64,000 bases of DNA from IMG/VR virus record IMGVR_UViG_3300034093_001036, positions 1 through 64,000 of that record. One strand, 5' to 3'. The position numbers and the translations under genes are program-made. A model generated the notes under the pieces. It had not been told where the DNA came from, did not search any database, and saw only the letters and a program-made list of their open reading frames with translations. Source of the DNA: a virus. Shown piece after piece: positions 60,747 through 64,000 of this stretch; position 1 is the stretch's first letter, and every line of letters starts with the position of its first letter.

Positions 60747-61413
60747 AATCGTAAATTTCCATATCTAAATTGTTTAATTCTTCAATTTTATTTTTCATTG
60801 AATCTGATATTTTAATAGTTTGAAAATTTTCATTAATAGCATTTTTATTTGAAAAACTATAAAACCCATATGCCTGATAACATAGATCATTTAACCTTGA
60901 TATAAAAGATGAATGATTGTCTAATGTATCTATTAGAGCCATTGAGTCTATAAGGTCTTTTACTTCTTTTATATCTACGCTACCTTCTTCAAGGCACCAA
61001 CTTTCATTGGCTCTTTGAATTCCGTGGTCTAAAGAATTATAAAAATCTTCGTTTAAACTTTTATTTAAACTTCTAGCCTGAAGGTTATGGTGTTTTGAAT
61101 TTTCCACCCATTTTTCAAGTTGAGCCTCTAAGTGAGCACCTTTAAAAGATGGATGTAAATAAATAAAGTTGCTTATAAATCTATCTAATGGATTTCTAAC
61201 CAAGCCTATATTTATTAAGTCGTCTCTATACTTTAATGCAGTCAGACCAAAGTGCCCTGAAATAAACCGTTTATCAACAAAGGTTTTTGGAAAAACCTCT
61301 CCGTGGTTTGTAGCAAAGTATGGAATCTTCCTAATCTTTAGATCATTAACAATATGAGTCTTTATATATATACCCGAACATCTTGGGATATGTATATGAT
61401 TTATTGAACTCAT
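60727..61413 (-). CDS. Sulfotransferase-family protein
   Basis: HIHIPRCSG, ISGHF, VRNPLDRFISNF, LNNLDMEIY. Confidence 0.8.
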   Translation of the reverse strand: MSSINHIHIPRCSGIYIKTHIVNDLKIRKIPYFATNHGEVFPKTFVDKRFISGHFGLTALKYRDDLINIGLVRNPLDRFISNFIYLHPSFKGAHLEAQLEKWVENSKHHNLQARSLNKSLNEDFYNSLDHGIQRANESWCLEEGSVDIKEVKDLIDSMALIDTLDNHSSFISRLNDLCYQAYGFYSFSNKNAINENFQTIKISDSMKNKIEELNNLDMEIYDYVKTTR

Positions 61414-61414
61414 A

Positions 61415-62779
61415 CTACTGAGAATCTCTGATAGTTAAGCCTTGGAAGGCACCCTTCTTATTATGAGAGATTAGATCTCCTGCAATAAAGAGTGAATAAG
61501 GATTTACAGTGATGTCATAAACATCTGTTGTTTCATCAATATATTCAACAACTTCAACAAGGGTATCAACTGCTTGATTATTGATATCGGATACTAGGTA
61601 GTCTCCAACTTTAACGACGCCAGCCTGTACGAATGCATAGACTCCATCTCTCTTAACAAGCATCAAGTGCTCCATAGAGAATCGTTTTTCGTTGGTGCTA
61701 TTGAATGCTACTGTAGTTGCAACATCTCTAGCCTTGATTGCTCCGATAACTGTTTCAACAACTGATGATCCAGTTAGAGTATCAGATACCCATGTCTCAG
61801 CAAAATCAACAGATGAGTTATCTGGTAATTCATTGAAACTGTAGGATACTAGACTTTGTCCAATAGCCAGGTCTCTTGCTTTAACATATCCACTAGTTGT
61901 TCTTACAAGAACATCACCTTGTACGCAGAATACTGGTGGGAAGAACGGACAGAATACTGGTGGGAAGAACGGACAGAATACTGGTGGGAAGAACGGACAA
62001 AAACGTGGTGGGAAGAACGGACAGAATACTGGTGGGAAGAACGGTGGGAAGAATGGGAAGAACGGACAAAAACGTGGTGGGAAGAACGGTGGGAAGAACG
62101 GTGGGAAGAATGGGAAGAACGGTGGGAAGAATGGTGGGAAGAATGGGAAGAACGGTGGGAAAAATGGAGGGAAGAAAGGAGGTGTTGTTGTAACGTTGTT
62201 AGAACTATTACCGTATAGTCCATCTCCATTAGCATTTATAGCAAGAACCTGATAACTCTGTGATGTATCTCCAGTTTCTGCTACAGTTGTTGACAAAACA
62301 TTTCCTACAACATAAACTGGACCATCAGAAGACTTTACACGATATCCAGTAATTGCAGATCCGCCAGTTGCAGGTGCTGTCCAAGATACTGTATCTAAGT
62401 TAACGGCTGTAGTTGCTGTTGGAGCATTTGGAGCAGCAGGAACTGTTGTTGCCAATACTCCTGCTGATGCAGAAGATGCTGCTGATGTTCCCGCAGCATT
62501 AGTTCCTGTTACTGTAAATGTGTAAGAAGTATTTGATGCAAGACCATCAACGGTAATTGGAGAGGCAGAAGAACTTCCTGTAAACCCTCCTGGAGAAGAT
62601 GTTACTGTAAATGATGTTGCTGCTGGAGAATCTCCTGGTAATGAAAAACTAACACTTATGGCACCATTGTTAAACGCACGTGAAGTTCCTACGTTTGTGC
62701 CTACAACAGATATGGGTGGTTTTGGCTCTAATGAGTCATTCTGTTGTAAAGATTTAGATCCTAGTTCTTTTTTTGCCAT
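61415..62779 (-). CDS. Two FN3 domains, an 85-aa Pro/Phe repeat and a C-terminal Hint domain
   Basis: FN3: GLASNTSYTFTVTGTNAAG and WTAPATGGSAITGY...AINANG. Hint: CVQGDVLV, SMEH, VYDITV, FIAGDLISHN. Confidence 0.88.
   Translation of the reverse strand: MAKKELGSKSLQQNDSLEPKPPISVVGTNVGTSRAFNNGAISVSFSLPGDSPAATSFTVTSSPGGFTGSSSASPITVDGLASNTSYTFTVTGTNAAGTSAASSASAGVLATTVPAAPNAPTATTAVNLDTVSWTAPATGGSAITGYRVKSSDGPVYVVGNVLSTTVAETGDTSQSYQVLAINANGDGLYGNSSNNVTTTPPFFPPFFPPFFPFFPPFFPPFFPFFPPFFPPFFPPRFCPFFPFFPPFFPPVFCPFFPPRFCPFFPPVFCPFFPPVFCPFFPPVFCVQGDVLVRTTSGYVKARDLAIGQSLVSYSFNELPDNSSVDFAETWVSDTLTGSSVVETVIGAIKARDVATTVAFNSTNEKRFSMEHLMLVKRDGVYAFVQAGVVKVGDYLVSDINNQAVDTLVEVVEYIDETTDVYDITVNPYSLFIAGDLISHNKKGAFQGLTIRDSQ
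61460..61927 (-). other. Hint (intein-like/BIL) autoprocessing domain, 156 aa
   Basis: Cys1 block A, S-x-x-H block B, VYD block F, terminal His-Asn followed by Lys. No endonuclease domain. Confidence 0.85.
61928..62182 (-). repeat. Coding tandem repeat of 9-, 12- and 24-nt units encoding PFF, PPFF and CPFFPP(V/R)F
   Basis: Plus strand shows gggaagaacggt and ggtgggaagaacggacagaatact units. Confidence 0.97.
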
Positions 62780-62809
62780 TTTTTATTTCTCCAATTTTCT
62801 TTGTATTTT

Positions 62810-64000
62810 TTATGCTGTGAGATCTCCAACAACAACCCAAGAGTCTGTTGCTCTCTTCATTAATGTTGCTGATGACCACTGTGTACGAAGTTTTAATCCT
62901 GGAGTTGCATTAACTGTTACTCCTACTGCTCCAGCAATTGTTACTTGTCCCGCACCAGTTTGAAGGATATCAATTGATGATCCTATTGGAAAGGCTGTTG
63001 TTGCATTTGTTGGAATTGTAACTGTTACTCCAGTAGCAGAAGAAACTTCAATTAATGAATCTCTTTCATTAAGTGCTGCAAGTGTGTAGCCTGCTGTTTT
63101 TTGTATAATTGTTGTACGTGATGGAACGCCTTCTTTTGTTTGTGTTCCATCTGTGAATTGTACTCCGCCTGCTGGAACAGTTATTCCTACGCCAGTAAAT
63201 ATTGGGGAAGCAAGTGGTGCATATGTATTTGCTGCTGTTGATGAAGCAAGTTTTAGGTCTAAAGCAGTTTGTGTAGCAGTTGAAACTGGCTTGTTAGCGT
63301 CGGAAGTATTTTCTACGTTTCCAAGACCAACCATTGTTGCTGAAATACCTGAAACTGTTCCACTAAATGCTGGGGAACTAAGTGGTGCATACCCTGAAAT
63401 GCTTGCGCCTGTAGGAATTGTTACTTCTCCAGTAAATGTTGGTGAGGCTAGTGGTGCATACCCTGAAATGCTTGCGCCTGCAGGAATTGTTACTGATCCA
63501 GTAAATGTTGGTGCATGCAATGGTGCCTTATAACCAAGTACTGTGTGTGTAGCAGTTGAAACTGGCTTATCTGCATCTGCTGTATTATCAACAGATCCTA
63601 GGCCTACCATTGACTTTGTTACACCAGACACAGTTCCTGTGAATGTTGGTGAAGCAATTGGTGCCTTAGCAGCAAGGTCAGATGTTAAACCTGAAATCTT
63701 AGACTGTGCAATTGCGGCTGATGCGTTAACGTCTGCGTCTACAATTGTTCCATCAAGTATCAGCGATGAAGTTATTGCCCCAGTTGAAATAGAAACTTCG
63801 TTACCTGATACAGTTACTCCAGTTCCTGCTGTAATTGTTCCTGAACCTGAGAACTGGAATACATCAATGTTATCCGTTCCAACAACAAATGTTGCAGGGT
63901 CTGCAACTACCTGAATCCATCCTGTTCCAGCGTTTGTTCCATCTTGTACGAATATGTATGCGCCTGGAATCTCTGATGCTTCATCACAATATGTACAACG
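62810..64000 (-). CDS. Tail fibre protein, 5' partial
   Basis: Frame is open from 64000. APLASPTFTG repeats, two GLGxVxNTxDAxKPVSTAT units, C-terminal AFPIGSSIDILQTGAGQV...WVVVGDL domain. Confidence 0.85.
   Translation of the reverse strand, partial: RCTYCDEASEIPGAYIFVQDGTNAGTGWIQVVADPATFVVGTDNIDVFQFSGSGTITAGTGVTVSGNEVSISTGAITSSLILDGTIVDADVNASAAIAQSKISGLTSDLAAKAPIASPTFTGTVSGVTKSMVGLGSVDNTADADKPVSTATHTVLGYKAPLHAPTFTGSVTIPAGASISGYAPLASPTFTGEVTIPTGASISGYAPLSSPAFSGTVSGISATMVGLGNVENTSDANKPVSTATQTALDLKLASSTAANTYAPLASPIFTGVGITVPAGGVQFTDGTQTKEGVPSRTTIIQKTAGYTLAALNERDSLIEVSSATGVTVTIPTNATTAFPIGSSIDILQTGAGQVTIAGAVGVTVNATPGLKLRTQWSSATLMKRATDSWVVVGDLTA

Noticed and set aside
61460-61927. Mobile intein with homing endonuclease
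   Set aside because: Only 156 aa, no LAGLIDADG/HNH motifs, the +1 residue is Lys, and it is not inserted in a conserved enzyme. It fits a BIL-type Hint better. No inteins were seen in DnaE, DnaB, TerL or NrdJ.
61928-62182. Possible CRISPR array
   Set aside because: Units are contiguous with no unique spacers and lie in frame within a CDS. The Cas4-like gene is a solo phage nuclease 50 kb away.
61856-62235. ORFs with WWEERTEY, GRTDRILV or SSHHSSH repeats
   Set aside because: They are alternative-frame or antisense readings of the Pro/Phe repeat. Only the PPFF frame is continuous with the FN3 and Hint domains.
1-64000. tRNA/rRNA genes, integrase, or alternative genetic code
   Set aside because: Intergenic gaps are short and no cloverleaf or integrase motifs were recognised by eye (tRNAscan was not run). 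Genes tile densely under the standard code.

Overview
This window is a 64-kb segment of a large lytic-type siphovirus (Caudoviricetes) genome, and essentially every real gene is on the minus strand. The likely host is an AT-rich actinobacterium, inferred from a DnaE/RecA/Cas4/NrdJ gene set and repeated TGnTATAAT-N6-ATG leaderless starts. In transcription order (right to left) it carries a tail fibre, then an FN3 / Pro-Phe-repeat / Hint-domain protein, then 12 tailoring-type genes (8 2OG-Fe(II) oxygenases, 2 DUF6065-like proteins, a methyltransferase and a sulfotransferase). Next come class II RNR, head and tail modules with a 2955-aa tape measure protein, and a replication/recombination block (helicase, primase, SSB, DnaE, RecA, Cas4-like, RuvC-like). 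The left end holds terminase and a surface/carbamoyltransferase island. The top candidate novel system is the 85-residue PPFF/CPFFPP(V/R)F repeat fused directly to a self-cleaving Hint domain and followed by the oxygenase cluster, which resembles a phage-encoded RiPP-like or virion post-translational modification pathway. Other highlights: a DLKxxN/DxG kinase-like domain inside the tape measure protein, tail chaperones G and GT apparently encoded by duplicated genes rather than a frameshift, and two gene insertions that each left a diverged copy of the upstream gene's 3' end. All calls come from motif reading by eye; no searches were run.
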